DNA of 64,000 bases from Haliotis rubra (GCF_003918875.1 NW_025767134.1:744001-808000), one strand, 5' to 3'; positions 12,761 through 27,400 are shown, numbered from the stretch's first letter. Program-made: numbers and translations. Notes: a model not told the origin generated them from the letters alone.

Positions 12761-15026
12761 TATTTATTCAGAGCCGAATTACAGAAACCTAGATACTTCC
12801 ACGGTCAGTCCATCACATGAGCAAGAGAGGCAGACAGCCTGGTATTATGTTAGATATACATATACCAGTATGAGGATGAATCACATCGTTTTCACTTAAA
12901 TCTGCTTCATTTCGTACTGTTGGAATTTGATATTACCCACAACAGTGTATTGTAAATATGAACACATGGGGAAGATGATTGAAACAAACAATGATTCTAA
13001 AACAAATAACCACCATGCTGTTTCTTTATCATGCTTAAGAAAAGAAGAAAGTATTTGATAAACAATGCTTAACATTAGGTATTGTTACTGCCAAACTGTT
13101 GATGCGGTTTACGCCTTCATGCTAAATAAACTTACATTAAAAGTGGATTGATATGTTTACAAGTATATAATGCCTTATCATTTCTACTGATTCTTTTTTC
13201 TCAACCCAGACCATAGGCAGCTCGCAGTCAGCATGACAGTTTCAGTTTCCTCCTTGCCTCAACGATCCTGACCTGACGTTAGCCTCCTACACTACATATT
13301 ATTCGGAATATTCATTAAAAAGGTGCGCCTAGTAGCATTAAACCTATGCAATATTTCAGTGTATATGAACACATTTATATACTCAGCCAATATATAAACG
13401 AACACAAAAAGATTCGACACTTGTTAAATTCTATTGTTTCTACACCGATTACCTGTTCTATCTATCTTAAAGATTCCAAGAAATGTATGTTCCTAACATA
13501 CTAGTCATCCTTTTAAAGATGTGAAATTTTGCCAAAACCCAGAAGAACTACATTTTTCCCCTTATTTTAATGTCTAACAAATTTCATAAATGAGGCTAAC
13601 CAATTATTTTCGATGATTGATCGGTAGTAAATGAACCAAAGATGAGATTTTAACCACCCCAAAACTACATGAACGCATTATACATCAGCCAATGTATAAA
13701 CTTGACACTTGTTATATTCTATTGTTTACCGATTACCTGTTCATTTGTTCGTCTGTCTGTCTGTCAGTCTGTCTGTCTGTCTGATGTAAACGTACACAGG
13801 AAGATAACATGTAAACATCAACTTGTAAGGTGAAGATTTGAATTAATATAATCCTGGATGTTCGGTTCGGGCTACATCGAGTATTTACCTGCCTAGATGA
13901 TTGGCCACGTGGAAATCGGTGATGGATACACAATACATAATTGTGAGAGATATCTACGCTTGTGGTTAAAGTCAACCAATAGGATTGCATGGTCAGGCTC
14001 GCTAAATTTGTTGAACTAAATTGATCTATGCTGGTGATATCAATCATTGGATTTTCTGACCCAGATTCGAGAGTTTACAGATAGAATGTTTTCTGAGTGT
14101 GGTGGGTAAACAGCAAACTAACACATGATTTCAGAAACATATTTCACCATATCAAACTGTTAAAACATATTAAAATAAACTCCAAATGGTGTTTGTAATT
14201 TCTATTTCCTTACATATAAAAACATACAATTATTGTAAACGTCCCTGTAATAGATTTCAGTTTCGCCTTCGTGATGTTTCTTGGGAATGTAAAAAATGCC
14301 GGTTTCACAGAGAGAGCAAGCAGGACACTCGTCACGTGTTCTAGAATACACTGAATATAACATGGCCATATATGGTCATAAATAATGATAAAAGTAGTGA
14401 ATAGATGAAACTCGCAGTCAAAAGTAACCATCTGCCCCACTGAATGGAAACACGAAATTAGTAAAGGGGCCTAACGTCCTAACTGTATTTACATACAACA
14501 GGACTTAATATGTGCTTGAGTAATATGGTACAAATTGCCTTTGAAAATGCGTTTGCTCAGTGGATTGTGATTTATTGATGCATTGCATGATCTGGACCTC
14601 AAGTTATTTGAAACCACAATACTGATTCCGGCATTCAAAATGTTTCGATGTTAAAGCAACACTTTTCACTTTGTTCCATGAATTTTGTTTTTACTTATTA
14701 TAACATAGAATGTGATGAAAACAGTGTCGAAATCGCAAAATGTATTTCATGTGTACATCTGTACATTTCTAAACTAACCGCGGTGGTATTGTTTGAAATG
14801 TATTTTGTACTTATAATTGCGACAAAAGGCCCTGGGTCACAATGCAGTGATGTCCAATGTGTAAGGTTTCCATGACACATTCAACGATATTGTTGCTCTG
14901 AATTATATGTACATTGAATACAGCTTCCGACCAAGATGTCGGGTTTAAAATGAATTACATCCAACTTTAATTTCATAGGCTTTGAGATTGAACCCTGATG
15001 TCAAAACGCCACGCTTAATAAGCCTT

Positions 15027-15243
15027 CAGTGAGTGAGTGAGTGAGTGAGTGAATAATGGTTTTACGCCGCTTTTAGCAATATGAGTGAATAATGGTTTTA
15101 CGCCGCTTTTAGCAATATTTCAGCTGCATCATGACGGGGGACACCAGAAATGGGCTTCACACATTGTACCCATGTGGGGAATCGATCCCGGGTCTTCAGC
15201 GTGACGAGCGGACGCTTTAACCACTAGGCCACCCCACCGTCCC
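15027..15243 (-). mobile_element. tRNA-derived SINE family 1, full length
   Basis: A/B-box-like head, (ACTC)n tail, 11-bp TSD taataagcctt (15016-15026 / 15244-15254), and an internal duplication of the 3' end. Confidence 0.9.
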
Positions 15244-15689
15244 TAATAAGCCTTGAAGTTAATAGTATTCACCACATAAAGGTGATTGAATCTATTTTTT
15301 TCGGGACCAGTTTCGATGAAGTTCCAAGAAATAGTAATAACACTATCCTGGAAACAAATAACAGTCACCACCCTTTACAGTCCGGTTGTCGTTCGAACTA
15401 AATAATCACATTTAAATGTTTGTTAAGTTAATCCATTGTACCACAGACGTTACACATACGTTACCTATCAGCCATTACTCGAACTTTCCACATGGACTCT
15501 TTCACTTCAACATATCGAGATACCGGATGGCAAGTGTACAAAGTCCATTATATATCTATTTAAAAAGATATTTTTCCTTATCAAAAAAACATTATGCAGA
15601 CATACTTGCTTACTTGGAAGTTTTATTTTTAAGACGTGGCTACAGATCGATAGGCAGAATACAATAGACGTTTCTTCCGCGATGACTGA

Positions 15690-17716
15690 TTAAACTGGAG
15701 AATCTCGGGATGTTTCTACAACTGCTGCTGTGATATACTTCACATGGACATTCGTCACATCACACGTTTGTCCAAATAAAGTTACTGAATCTAAACTTGA
15801 CTCATTTTCTGTGTTTCTGTATTTTGCAAAAAGAAACTCAGATTCACTGTCCGAATGCGACCTTTGAACAGTTGTTTCGTCTGGTTTGTTTGGCTTCCCA
15901 AGGTCACAAGAAGCTGCTCGCCGTGCACTACAGGGAGTACTCCCAACCGGCCTCAACAAGATCTTGCAGTGTCCAGTTTTATCTTCGGTAGTTTTCCTGT
16001 GCTTCTCGTACGTACTTCTTGCCATCACGTCATTGTTCGGAGCCTGTTGTAAGATTCTTCCCCGGTTATCTTCTAAGGCGCCGGTTTCGTCCATGGCAGA
16101 TGTCCTTGCCTCTGTAGCTGAGTCTATGTCTTCATCCTGGATCTCCCAGTACTTGTTGTACACAGTAGACCCGCTGTATCCGCCACCATCTACATCACGT
16201 CCTCTTGCAGATCTTCTCTCAAAAAGTCGTCTCCAGTTCCATATAGGCCTGAAAAAGCAAGTCCAGCACTTAAACAGGAAATGAAGATTAAATCTTTTTC
16301 ATTATTAATTATTTTTATTATCATGTTTCTAATTACTGCCAACTGTACCTTTGATTGAGTCTGATAAGCTTTGAACATCGATTGTACAATATTAATGCAA
16401 ATGTTCCGAACAGAAGTGTTCCAAAGACAGCACACACAAGCTTTAGGGTCTCATTTGATTCTTTTTGCACATTCGGAATGGAGGTTGAACCTGAAAGAAA
16501 ACAATCAAGGACATATTTGAATTCCATATTAATACTTCTGTATAGTGAGTGGTTGTGTGAGTATGGAGCCCTTAAACAAGATAATAATTCGAGTCATATG
16601 AGGGTTAACTGCGAGGAAAACCATGTTTTAGACAGCCACTTAAAACCAACGAGCTTGAGCATGGCGCTAACACATTGAGAAACATAATCTGGACGCATTG
16701 GGACTTGAACCCGGGATCATAGGTTTCTGGATTACCCAATGGGCGCAACTCTCCCCAGCGAATTGCGGCGCTTTATATGATTAGACGATTGGGCCATCCG
16801 TTCCCATTATACTGTCTCTCTGAAGTCTCTCTGCTTCACACGGGTACACTGTATGAAGCCCATTTCTGGTGTCCCCCCACCGTGATATTGCTGGAATATT
16901 GCTTAAAGCGGCGTAAAACAAAACTCACTCACTCACTCACTGAAGTCTCTCTGAAGTCAAGAAGTTACATAAACTACAGTGTCTTTATTCTTCTTTACTT
17001 TCCAGATTGATTGTACTACATTAGCAACTGAGACAACTAGCAGGATCCTTATCCAATTATAACTGGAACAATATTTTTATAATAGACACCTGTTGATGGG
17101 GTAAGTACATCCTTGCATGCCTGGCACACCTTACACGGTTGTGTTGGTGTACTGCAGCTGTCACAGTGGAGCGGGCATCCATGTTGACAGTTTACACCAT
17201 AATAGATTCCGTCAGAGCAGAGCTGTTTACATCCCTCTGTATTGGCACAATTCACACACAGCGGACATTTTACACCACAGTAGTCGCCCCTCCAACCAGT
17301 CCGACAACCGTTACACGTGCCCGACTGTCTATCACAGCCATTAATGCAGTTTGCTGGACATTTGTGACAGTTCTTTCCATAAAAGTTGTATTTGCATTGA
17401 CCAAAACAGGTACCATTGTAACGGAAACAGTTCAGGCAGCCTATTGGACAATCCACTCCACAATTATCTCCCTTCTTGCCTGCTACACAGCCATCTTTAC
17501 ACACGACACGGGTGTTGGTAACCTGACAGCGAGAGTTGAGACAGGTGTCTGGACAGTCGTTCTGGCACTGTGTTCCATAGAACCTGGAGTCCTGACACTG
17601 GTCACACTCACCTGATGACGTCACCGAAACACATCGAGGTAGACACAAGCCCTTAACACAACTCACGTTGTTGCCGCCACAGTCAGAGCAAGACGTCCCG
17701 AACGGATATGGTGTAC
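15690..17716 (-). CDS. Gene B: EGF-repeat type-I receptor with YWEI/CDL tail (most divergent tail)
   Basis: Exons 17716-17090 (EGF, 627 bp, phase 1-1), 16490-16349 (TM LVCAVFGTLLFGTFALILY), 16248-15690 (YNKYWEIQDEDIDS ... DSVTLFGQTCDVTNVHVKYIT). Leader exon not found. Confidence 0.85.
16835..16941 (+). mobile_element. SINE family 1, 3' half
   Basis: gaagcccatttctggtgtcccc..gctggaatattgct..gcggcgtaaaac(actc)n. Confidence 0.8.
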
Positions 17717-19094
17717 CTGAACAAACAATAGCATGACGAAATCAAACAGAAAATATAACTGTGTAATATCGCAAAAACCGGAAAGCCAAAGAAAATGACG
17801 ACTGTGCAAATCTAATAGGATAGTCTTATGGTTTCTCCTGTAAATCGGTCATGATAGGTAAAACAATTTCTCCATAATGCAAATAGCAACAGTGACTTAT
17901 GAAACAGGTCATACAGTAAACTAAGGATGGAAACGTAAGTGGCCTGGATGAAAACTGGTAAAATGAACTCCCCTATTGCCGAGGTGTTAAATTAGTCAAT
18001 AATTTATTTGCATATTTGTTACTGGTTCGAATCCGGATTTCAACCTAACGATGATCTGTATCTTGCAAACCGAACTACAGATGCGTGACTGAAGGACGTC
18101 AAACTTCAGCTTCTAATTAACACTGATCGGGACCCCCATGTTATTACTGTCATAGTTTTGACTTTATACACCGTTTGTAAGGGCTAGGTGACTTTACATA
18201 CCTTGATGCGTAGCAACAATGAAGACCAATACCGTTTGTAGCATGCTGCGTACATTGACGTAACGTTTAGCGATGCCACGGGTCAGACCCTTTCGGTTTG
18301 TCATGTCTGTAATAAACAAAATATCTTTTTCTGGAAGTTGCATGAGAAAACCGATATAGGTCATCTTACAGCTCCACTTTACTCGCATCGTTCAGGAGGA
18401 GATAACATGCACCCAGCTTTACCTTTAGGTATTCAATCGTAACAGCGTGTTCTCATTGTCTCCGGGTTTCTTATTTCACTAGAAAAAACAAAACACAGAT
18501 ACAAGGAAATTAAATCTACACAAAATGTTATTTTCACAAATGGTGTCGATTTCCTTCAAGAAGTGTGCCGTGTTTGTTAATTAGATATAGATGTCAGCAA
18601 AAGTCCTTCAAAAAGAATGCATGCCTGATAAGGGTTGATTTAATTGATTATGTTTCAGAAAATATTTATATAAAGTACACATTATGTCATCTGTATACCA
18701 TAACCATGTGAGTAACAGGCAGTTTTCAGAATAAGTTATGCGACAAAATATCAGCTATTTGGGTATGGTGATATACGTAAATGAACGACCTACCATACAC
18801 CTTCATCTGCAGTCACACAGGCCACATCCGGAGCTGCCACCATATCACCCCACGGTCACGGTCAGAACCGCATTGTTTAAACAAAACAGGAGGCAGGGGG
18901 CGACCAGTCTTCGACGTCGCCGGAAGTCACTAGATATGCATTGGTATCTAAGGTCGTCCAGGATCCTGCAATTGTTGGTTCGAATCCAGTAACTTAATTA
19001 TGACCCTTGGCTTGTCATCACAATACAATAGTCCAGGGATGGCATCGAAGTGTTACACATATAAGTGGTCTAACATCTGAGTCATTCACCAACA

Positions 19095-19240
19095 CTAGTA
19101 AGTTAGGGTTTACCCAGCTTTTAGCAATATACCAGCAATATCACGCAGGGGACACCAGAAGTTGGCTTCTCACATTGCACCCATGTGGGGAATAGAACCC
19201 GGGCCTTTGGCGTGATGAGCGAACACTTTATCCGCCCTTT
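19095..19240 (-). mobile_element. SINE family 1, degenerate copy
   Basis: cttttagcaatat..ggggacaccagaa..cacattgcacccatgtggggaatagaacccggg. Confidence 0.7.
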
Positions 19241-20745
19241 TCCCAACACTAAGCTAACACAATGTGATGTTTAATCCCAAACTGGCTGCCATTTGAGATA
19301 TCGCTTGGGGAGTATGTGCAACATCTCCTATGAGATATAGCTACAATATAACTGTATCACAAGGTTTTCTACGCCATTGTGATGTCAAAGGTTACCATGA
19401 CGTCAGAATCAAATTACATCACTGGTTTCTCTGCTAATGAAACTGGTCATCTGTTCATATACGCTCAATTGTTTGTACAACCTGACAAGGTGGGCAGAAT
19501 TGTTCTGGAGGTGAAATAGATTCCCACCGTGTGTATTTTTATGTCCAATAAAGGAACCTATGAGTTCAGGGCTTTATCTACTCATGTCTATGTATTTGAG
19601 ATCAGTGGCCACGATGGTGAGATTCTCTGCATACCTAAGCAGTGTTAAACTTAATGTGTTAAACCTTACTCACACGATGCATCACTTCAGTAGCACAGAT
19701 GCAGTGTTTACAAACCATTGGCGCTGTATTACATAATTGCCATTTCCAAACATTTTGAAGAGAATAATACATATAATATACATGATAATTCAAAACAGGC
19801 AAAGAGATTCAGGACTTTCCACACCCATAAGAAACCTCTACTAAAAGCAGAGTCGAATGTACAATTGTGATTGTACCATGATCATCTGTTTCAGCAGTAT
19901 TACAGCTGTACGACGTTGTTCCTAAACAAATCGACTCTGGACCAGATAATCCAGTGATTGTCGCCATGTGATACGACGTCAGAGCATGTGCTTATGAATC
20001 AATATAAAATATAGGTGTTCGAGAACAGGTGAGCTTATACTGCCCCACCGGTGGCACCCGTCATAAGTATATGTATCAATGAGAAATCTCTGCTAAAATC
20101 ATGAAACTATACTACATGGCGACTTCTTTGTCCATAAACGCATTAGCTTATTGTAACGTGTGTTTTTTGTAAGCATTTAAACCCAACTTAAACTGCAGGT
20201 CAAATCACTGAAAATCTTCCTCGTTCGCCACCTTTCACAACGGAAACTCAAAGTCAACCCTTGAAATAATTAAACATGACTAAACGTTGATAGGGCTATG
20301 TGTTTTCAGAACGTCCACAGAGTGTGTCACGTGACATAACCGTTACTCACTGACCTCCGGAAGTGAAACCTCACATTGACGGGGCTTGCATGACAACACG
20401 TCTCATTTCCGCTGTCTCAAACACGCTTATCTCAAACAGCACTTTTATCCCAGCAGTTTTTAATTTATAACACATTAGCAACTAAAATCATGTAGTTATT
20501 TGTTTTGCATTATTCAATAGTTCAGTAAAAGATACTGTTTGTAACATTGTTTATGTGTTTCAGTTTAATCCTGATAAATCACGGAGAGTCTTATTTACGT
20601 CAAAAATGTCATGTGCAGGATGTCAACATAAGAAGGCGCAGTATGTATGAATTGAATGAACATTTGTTTCTGTTCCTTATTTCAATTAACAAATTTCTCA
20701 AAATAAAGTATTTGTTTCATTTTGTACGGTATTGTACACATTGTG

Positions 20746-21175
20746 TCATTTCAATGACTGTGGCAGAAGGGAGATAACCATTTCAGTATAACTGTCTCTT
20801 GCCGAACCTCCAACAGCAAAGTTTACATGCAAACAGTATTGCAGAAGTAACTGTTATACATCGTATCATTTCAATGACTGTGGTGCAAGGGAGATAACCA
20901 GTTCAGAATGCCTGTCTCTTGTCGGACCTCCGACAGCAAAGAGAATTTACATGCAAACAGTATTGGAGGAGTAACTGTTATACATCGAATCATTTCCATA
21001 ACTGTGGTGCAAGGGAGATAACCAGTTCAGAATGCCTGTCTCTTGCCGGACCTCCGACAGCAAAGAGAATTTACATGCAAACAGTATTGGAGGAGTAACT
21101 GTTATACATCGAATCATTTCCATAACTGTGGTGTAAGGGAGATAACCAGTTCAGAATGACTGTCTCTTGGTGGAC
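20746..21175. repeat. Tandem repeat, ~120-123 bp unit, about 3.5 copies
   Basis: Repeated tcattt..actgtggtgcaagggagataaccagttcagaatg..tttacatgcaaacagtattg..gtaactgttatacatcg. Confidence 0.9.
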
Positions 21176-22009
21176 TGCACATAGTGTTGTTTACACACAC
21201 TACTTGACAGATAACAGTAAACATTATTGGTTGGTATAAAGCAGTACATTAGAAGATTGGTTAAACAGCTACTTCCCTTTTCGTGCTGAGTACGTTAATA
21301 GGGGCCGTAATCAATGTCACCCCCACCACGCCCCTCATCTCGATTCATACTCATGACGCACACGAACATACCAACGGACATGTGGTCCAATGAAAATCAT
21401 TTTACAGAAAATCATTTCACTTTTTGGATTAGGAATAATTGTTTTGCACAAAGGACATAATAACTTTTTTTGAAGATACCAGACGTAAATTCTACCTTAA
21501 ACAAACTTTTACTGTCACGATCTTACATGCCTTCCTAGATCTTTATATACCAATATGGCCCAGAGCCATAAATTAACAATAGCGGTTTTAGTATATGTTG
21601 GTGATCTACATCAACGACATTTTGTGTTATACTGTATTATCATCCATCTTTTATGGGTAGTTGATCTTATCTACACGGTTTTTAATATATTTCTCATTAT
21701 ATACTGAATATCATTGAAAACGCACCACCTGTAAATTTTGAAATATGGTAATAGGATTGTTTTGAGAGTGAAAATGAACGTTGGAAATGTTGTTAATAAC
21801 ATAAAAGACAATAAATAATGCTGTACAGTAAAGAACGGATTGCCCGAACACATCATAGAAAACATCACATGACAACAACAAAATTAATGCACAACACACA
21901 TGAAAAGCACAAATTGCATGCGTAAAACATGCTGATTAGGGGTATAAATGACCGTCGGCAAAAACGTTCTCATTTTAGTTGTACCTCCGCAAGTAAAGTT
22001 TATTTTGCA

Positions 22010-23246
22010 ATGCCAAGATTGTCACCAGAGGAACGAGAACGGGCGTTGGGCATGTTGCAGGTTGGCCCTGATCAAGCAGATCAAGCAATGATCAAGCAGG
22101 ATCATTGCCAGACGATTTGGTTGCCATCATTCCACCATCATAAGACTTGCCAACTGGTACCAACAAACAGGAACCACCAGGGACCGCCAACGTCCTGGCC
22201 AGGCACGGGTCACCACCACTCGCCAAGATCGAGACATTGTTCGGCGCCATATTCGGGATCGTACGTTGCCGGCAAAACTAATGCTTAGTCTCTGAATATA
22301 TATAATTTTGATAGTAACAAACAAGCCCATGTAAATTGAAAAGGAGCCCCAGGGAGACCAGAGCCTGAGGAAATCTAGACTTGCTTTATTTAGGGCTTTA
22401 GCACTGCAGAGAGGGCTTGGCAGTGGGGAAAATAATGTGGTTCAGGGACTGTGAGACAGACTAGTTGCCGGCTGCCAGAACCGCAAACGCTGTCCAAGGC
22501 CGACGTGGTTTGATCAGTGCTTCCACCGTGCGGCAGGATTACGGTGTCGACGCCCTTTTGTTGGACCCATCCTGACTGATAGACATCGCGGTGAACGCCA
22601 ACGATGAGCTGAACAGCATCGTTTGTGGTTGTTACGACGTTGGCATGCTGTTGTGTTCTCCGACGAGTCACGTTTTCACTTGCGAAAAGCTGACGGGCAT
22701 CTACGGGTATGGCGTCGACGGGTAGAACGTTACCATCAGGACTGTGTTGTGCAAACAGATCGGTGGGGTGGAGACAGCATTATGGTGTGTGTGTGTGTGT
22801 GTGGGGTTTGTTGGGTCAGTTATCATCACAAAACCGCTCTGGTAGTTTGTCGTGGCAGAGTGAATGCCCTTTACTACCGTGACACCATTCTTCAGAACAA
22901 CGTCGTTCCCTTCTTTAACCAACATCAAGATCGGCACACATTCCAGCAGGACAATGCTCGAGCGCACACTGCACGTGTTGCAACACAGTTTCTGGCAAAC
23001 AACAACATTCCTCTACTTCCATGACCTGCATTGTCACCGGATTTGTCTCCCATTGAACACGTGTGGGATTACATCGGCCAACGCCTCTCACGTCGCCCAC
23101 AGATCAACAACCTTGGGGAACTTGAGAATGCCTTGCACCAAGAGTGGAATGCATTGCCTCAAAACACTTTTCAGAGACTTATCAGTTTAATGAGGAGACG
23201 TTGCACAGCTTGTGTTGCTGCCAACGGTGGTCATACACGTTACTGA
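22010..23246 (+). mobile_element. Tc1-family transposase pseudogene (DD34E type)
   Basis: MPRLSPEERERALGML, FSDESRF, FQQDNARAHTA, SPDLSPIEHVW, NGGHTRY*. Disrupted by frameshifts, a stop, a (GT)n expansion and a nested insertion. Confidence 0.92.
22274..22463 (+). mobile_element. ~190-bp element nested inside the Tc1 transposase
   Basis: 9-bp TSD gttgccggc (22265-22273 / 22464-22472); second copy at 12570-12760. Confidence 0.8.
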
Positions 23247-24406
23247 CTTTCCAATTTGACTCCATCTTTCTTTCATGGTCAGCTGAATTAAAAAATAATT
23301 CTGAGACAATTCAAAGGTCGATGTTGTGGGCAACAATCGTGAGTCTGTGACCTGGAATATGTAACCTTCAGACTAATAATTAGTTCATCTGTAACATATC
23401 ATATTAGTTAATAAGTGGAATATACTGATGACATCTATCTCTAGTCTGTTTTGTGTTACTTGTGTTTACAGAAATAACAAAATAAACGATGTGAAACGAA
23501 GGCATTTAGTGTCAGACTGCCTGACGCTCGGCATAAAAGGGATAAAACAAGGAACTATCCCTACAGTGTACAACATTGGAGTGAGATGGTCGTGTGCAAC
23601 TGCGGCATGCTACATGTGTTATATAGTGTGTATGTAAGCAACATGAAACCGGTATTATTGGAGACTAATACAAGGAGACAGACACTTACACGTGTGCACG
23701 CTCGTCGCTACACACACGACGTCACGCGCTTCACCTCATCACCGTTGTATGATTCCAACTGAATCTTAAGACTATGTACTTCAACCCCACCGCACCGAAG
23801 CGCCACAAAAATCGTCGCACCTTCGTTTCTTTCGGTACGTACACATGTACAAATGTGAGGGGTGTATCGTCTGAGATAATTATAACCCCATGTTTGCAAA
23901 ACATGCTCCATTATTTACACAAGGTGTCTGCAATGTCCTTGACAACCTGTGTGAGTAAAACTACACGGAAACGACAACTGAAGCTGTGATCATTTTATTT
24001 ACATATCATCCTCCGCGTTACTTTATAGAACACTAGTTACATGCGACATAGGATTCTCAACAAAAGCCTGGTAGTTTCAGTATTGTTTTTGAAGGCAACT
24101 TCCCCAATGTATTAACAATGGACGTGTAATAGATATCTAACAACACACCAGAGTCCTTAAACATAAAATAGATACATAAACATTAGCGTCCATTACAGGA
24201 AGACTTCTGGAACATGCAATGAAAACAAACCGTTAAATTGATGATGATGTGAAAGGGTGTAAATAGCTGTAACGATATTGAAATTTATAGTTAATGTACA
24301 ATAGCCTGGCTACAATTACAAAAGTATGTAACACAAACAAAACACACTGTTGAGACAGTATTGGTGTTGGGAGAGCATGCCCATTGCATTAGTATTGTAG
24401 CATATA

Positions 24407-27400
24407 CTAACATCCACTTTCTGTATCAGTTTTGTCAGGAGAAAGATAACTGACATTCACACTAGCTAAGTCACAGTTTTGTTCAATGAATATTATCGAA
24501 TCAGTCTTTTGGATCAATTGCATGTCTGATGGTAAGAAGTCATCGGAAATGTCAGAACTCGTCAGAGAACCTTTCCCAGAGGCAGATGACCGTGGAATCA
24601 ACGCGTTATCTTCGTGTATTACTGGATAGTCCACACCACCAGTTGCCTCTTCTGGTTTACCCATCACACGTTCGTAACCTTCATACACACAATCAGAACG
24701 TACGTCTTGATGGCGGAGGTTGGGAGAACCCCCATTGTTGTGCTGGGTTGGGCGTCGGCTGGCTACGTCTTGCGGTGTTTCGTACGGGTGTTTTACGGTA
24801 GGCCGTTTTACAGACTGATCGGAATCCAAGTCATTGTCATATATTTCCCAGTACTTCTTGGTCCAGTAGTCACCGTCGCTCTGTCTTGTCCCATTGGAAC
24901 TGTGTCGCTGATTCTCATAGCGCAGAGATGATGAGAAGATCGCTCTGCAACACAATGCCGTTGTTTTATCAGTACAGAAAACTACGGTCATACGCAGCTC
25001 GACTAAAATGTACAACAAGTTGGCAGCAAGCTCGTTATAAGACTATTCGGTAGTTCACTGTATATCTTTCAGGCCAACAATAAATAAAACACTGCTAATG
25101 CAAATTAAAACCAAAGACGTCACCGAAAATTATTTACTACATATGTCGTTATCGATACTTTATCATTCTGACCATGATGTGAGACCTTAATTCCCATCCA
25201 CAAAAAACGTAATACGCATCAAAAGATCAATATTTCATATTGCTAGTAATACTGGCAGATGGATTAAATAATTCGAGATTTACCTTTCTCGATTTAGTTT
25301 CATGTGCCTTATCCCTGCAAATGCTCCACACATTAGCGCCATGGCAGCCAGCAGACCACATATAATCTTGAGTGTGAGATGAGCATCTTCTGGAAAATAC
25401 AGAATGTGAATGTGCACTTCACGAGGTGGCTAGTTCATTAATCTGGGGAAACAAATACACCTGTAATCTCCTATCTCATTACATTATGGAATTAATTCTT
25501 CTTAGACGGAGGGGCGGTGGGGTAGTCTAGTGGTTAAAGCGTTGGCTCGTCACGCCGAAGACCCGGGTTCGAATCCCCACATGGGTACAATGTGTGAAGC
25601 CCATTTCTGGTGTCCCCCGCCGTGATATTGCTGGAATATTGCTAAAAGCGGCGTAATACCAAACTGAGTCAGTCTTCTTAGACGGTACAATCATATACTA
25701 CGGCCATTCATCGTTATATCGAGCTTTGGTGTGTCGATCTAAAAGCTTGGTCTATTTCTTCCTTAATCACCATTTCCGGGTGTGTCGAATGTCGGATAAC
25801 TCGAAGTATTCACCTAGGTCCCTTTAACTTTGACGCAACGGTTTTTGACAGTTTGGCATTTTCAAGCAGACACGAATGGTATTCATTTTGATAACAAATA
25901 ATAATAGTAAGAATAAACAGTTAAAGACGACAGCGGTATAAAACTGCAAAACGACATACCTAGCATCTGAGCTGCCATACTTACCTGTGTTTTTGTCCAT
26001 ACATGGCGTGGTGTGGCAGTCTGTACCAGTGCACTTTGTGCAGAGTTCGTGGCAGTAGGTTCTCTTGTAGTGAGACGCACAGTTGAGACAAATCCCCGTT
26101 TCTTTGTTGCATCCATCACATCCTACAGGGCATGGTGCTGAACAGTCCTCTCCATAATGGTCATCGTGTGGACAAGGTCCGATACACACATCACCATAAC
26201 GCTGACACAGTGAACAGTTTGATGGACAGGTTCCATTGCAGTAGTCTCCCCTGTAACCTGCTATACAGTTGACACACTTCCCTGTGCGGCTGTCACAGCC
26301 TCCAGTGCAGTAGTCTGGGCATGGAAACTGGCAGGAGAGGCCATAGTACTGGGAGTCTGAACACTGGCCTATACATGCAACTCCGTAACGTTCACAGTGG
26401 GTACATGTAGGGGGACAGAGGGCATTGCAGTACTTGCCCCTCACACCTGACCGGCATCTGCTGCACTCCTCCATGTCTTCAACACATCCCCCTGGGGACA
26501 GAGCACAGTGTAATAATGAAGGTCTATGGATCAGTGTGCACTCCATTTACATGGTTGTTTGTGAGGCTGGAAGGCTACTGGTCACAATTACCATAATATT
26601 CTGCCGGGTTCCAATTCATACTGCTTAGAAACCATTTAAAATCAATTATATGTAATAATATACGATAGAAACAATATTTACTCCACGAACACTTTATGTA
26701 TGACGACAGTTTAATGCAATATACGATTTGAAATAAATAAGAATACTATTATATCATTTCACAAATTGGTTCATTCAGTGACTAATTAATAACGTTAATT
26801 TGAAATTGGAAGATCATAATAATTCGAGGAGTAAACATATACTACAATCAACGGCAGAGTAATTTCAAAGATTGCATAAATGTGACCGGAAGCGAAACGG
26901 TTTTGTTGTATCTGATCCTGAAAATTACAAATAAACTGTCGAAATCACTGATGCCCAGACACCTGTTATTAAAATTCACTTTCCTTTCTCACAATGGTGG
27001 TTTGTCGTCTTGTAATATCAGTGATTTCGACTTGTTATCGTTTCTTTTGAGCGTTAGTTTAGTTTGCCATCTTATTTACCTGATGTACATAGTCCGGACT
27101 GGCATGTGGCATTGCAGAACGTCCCTCTTTTACCTCGCTCACAGCTGTAGCAATACCCGGTGTCTTTCTCACATCCACCCACACAGCTGATGGGGCAGTG
27201 TTCCTTACAGTACTTTCCCCTGTGTCCTTCCTCGCAACTGTCACACTCCCCAGTTTCCTTATCACATCCCTCTCTACAGTTGGAGGGACATGACTTCCGA
27301 CAGTTGAGTCCATAGTAGTGGGGATTGGAACACGGTCCTACACAACCATCACCGTAACGTTCACACTCTGTACAACCTGATGGGCAGGCTATTACACAGT

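Noticed and set aside
18790-18850. Possible leader exon of gene B (MVAAPDVACVTADE)
   Set aside because: Not hydrophobic enough for a signal peptide and has no supporting homology.
20746-21175. Possible CRISPR-like array
   Set aside because: Eukaryotic context; whole units repeat with no unique spacers and no cas genes.
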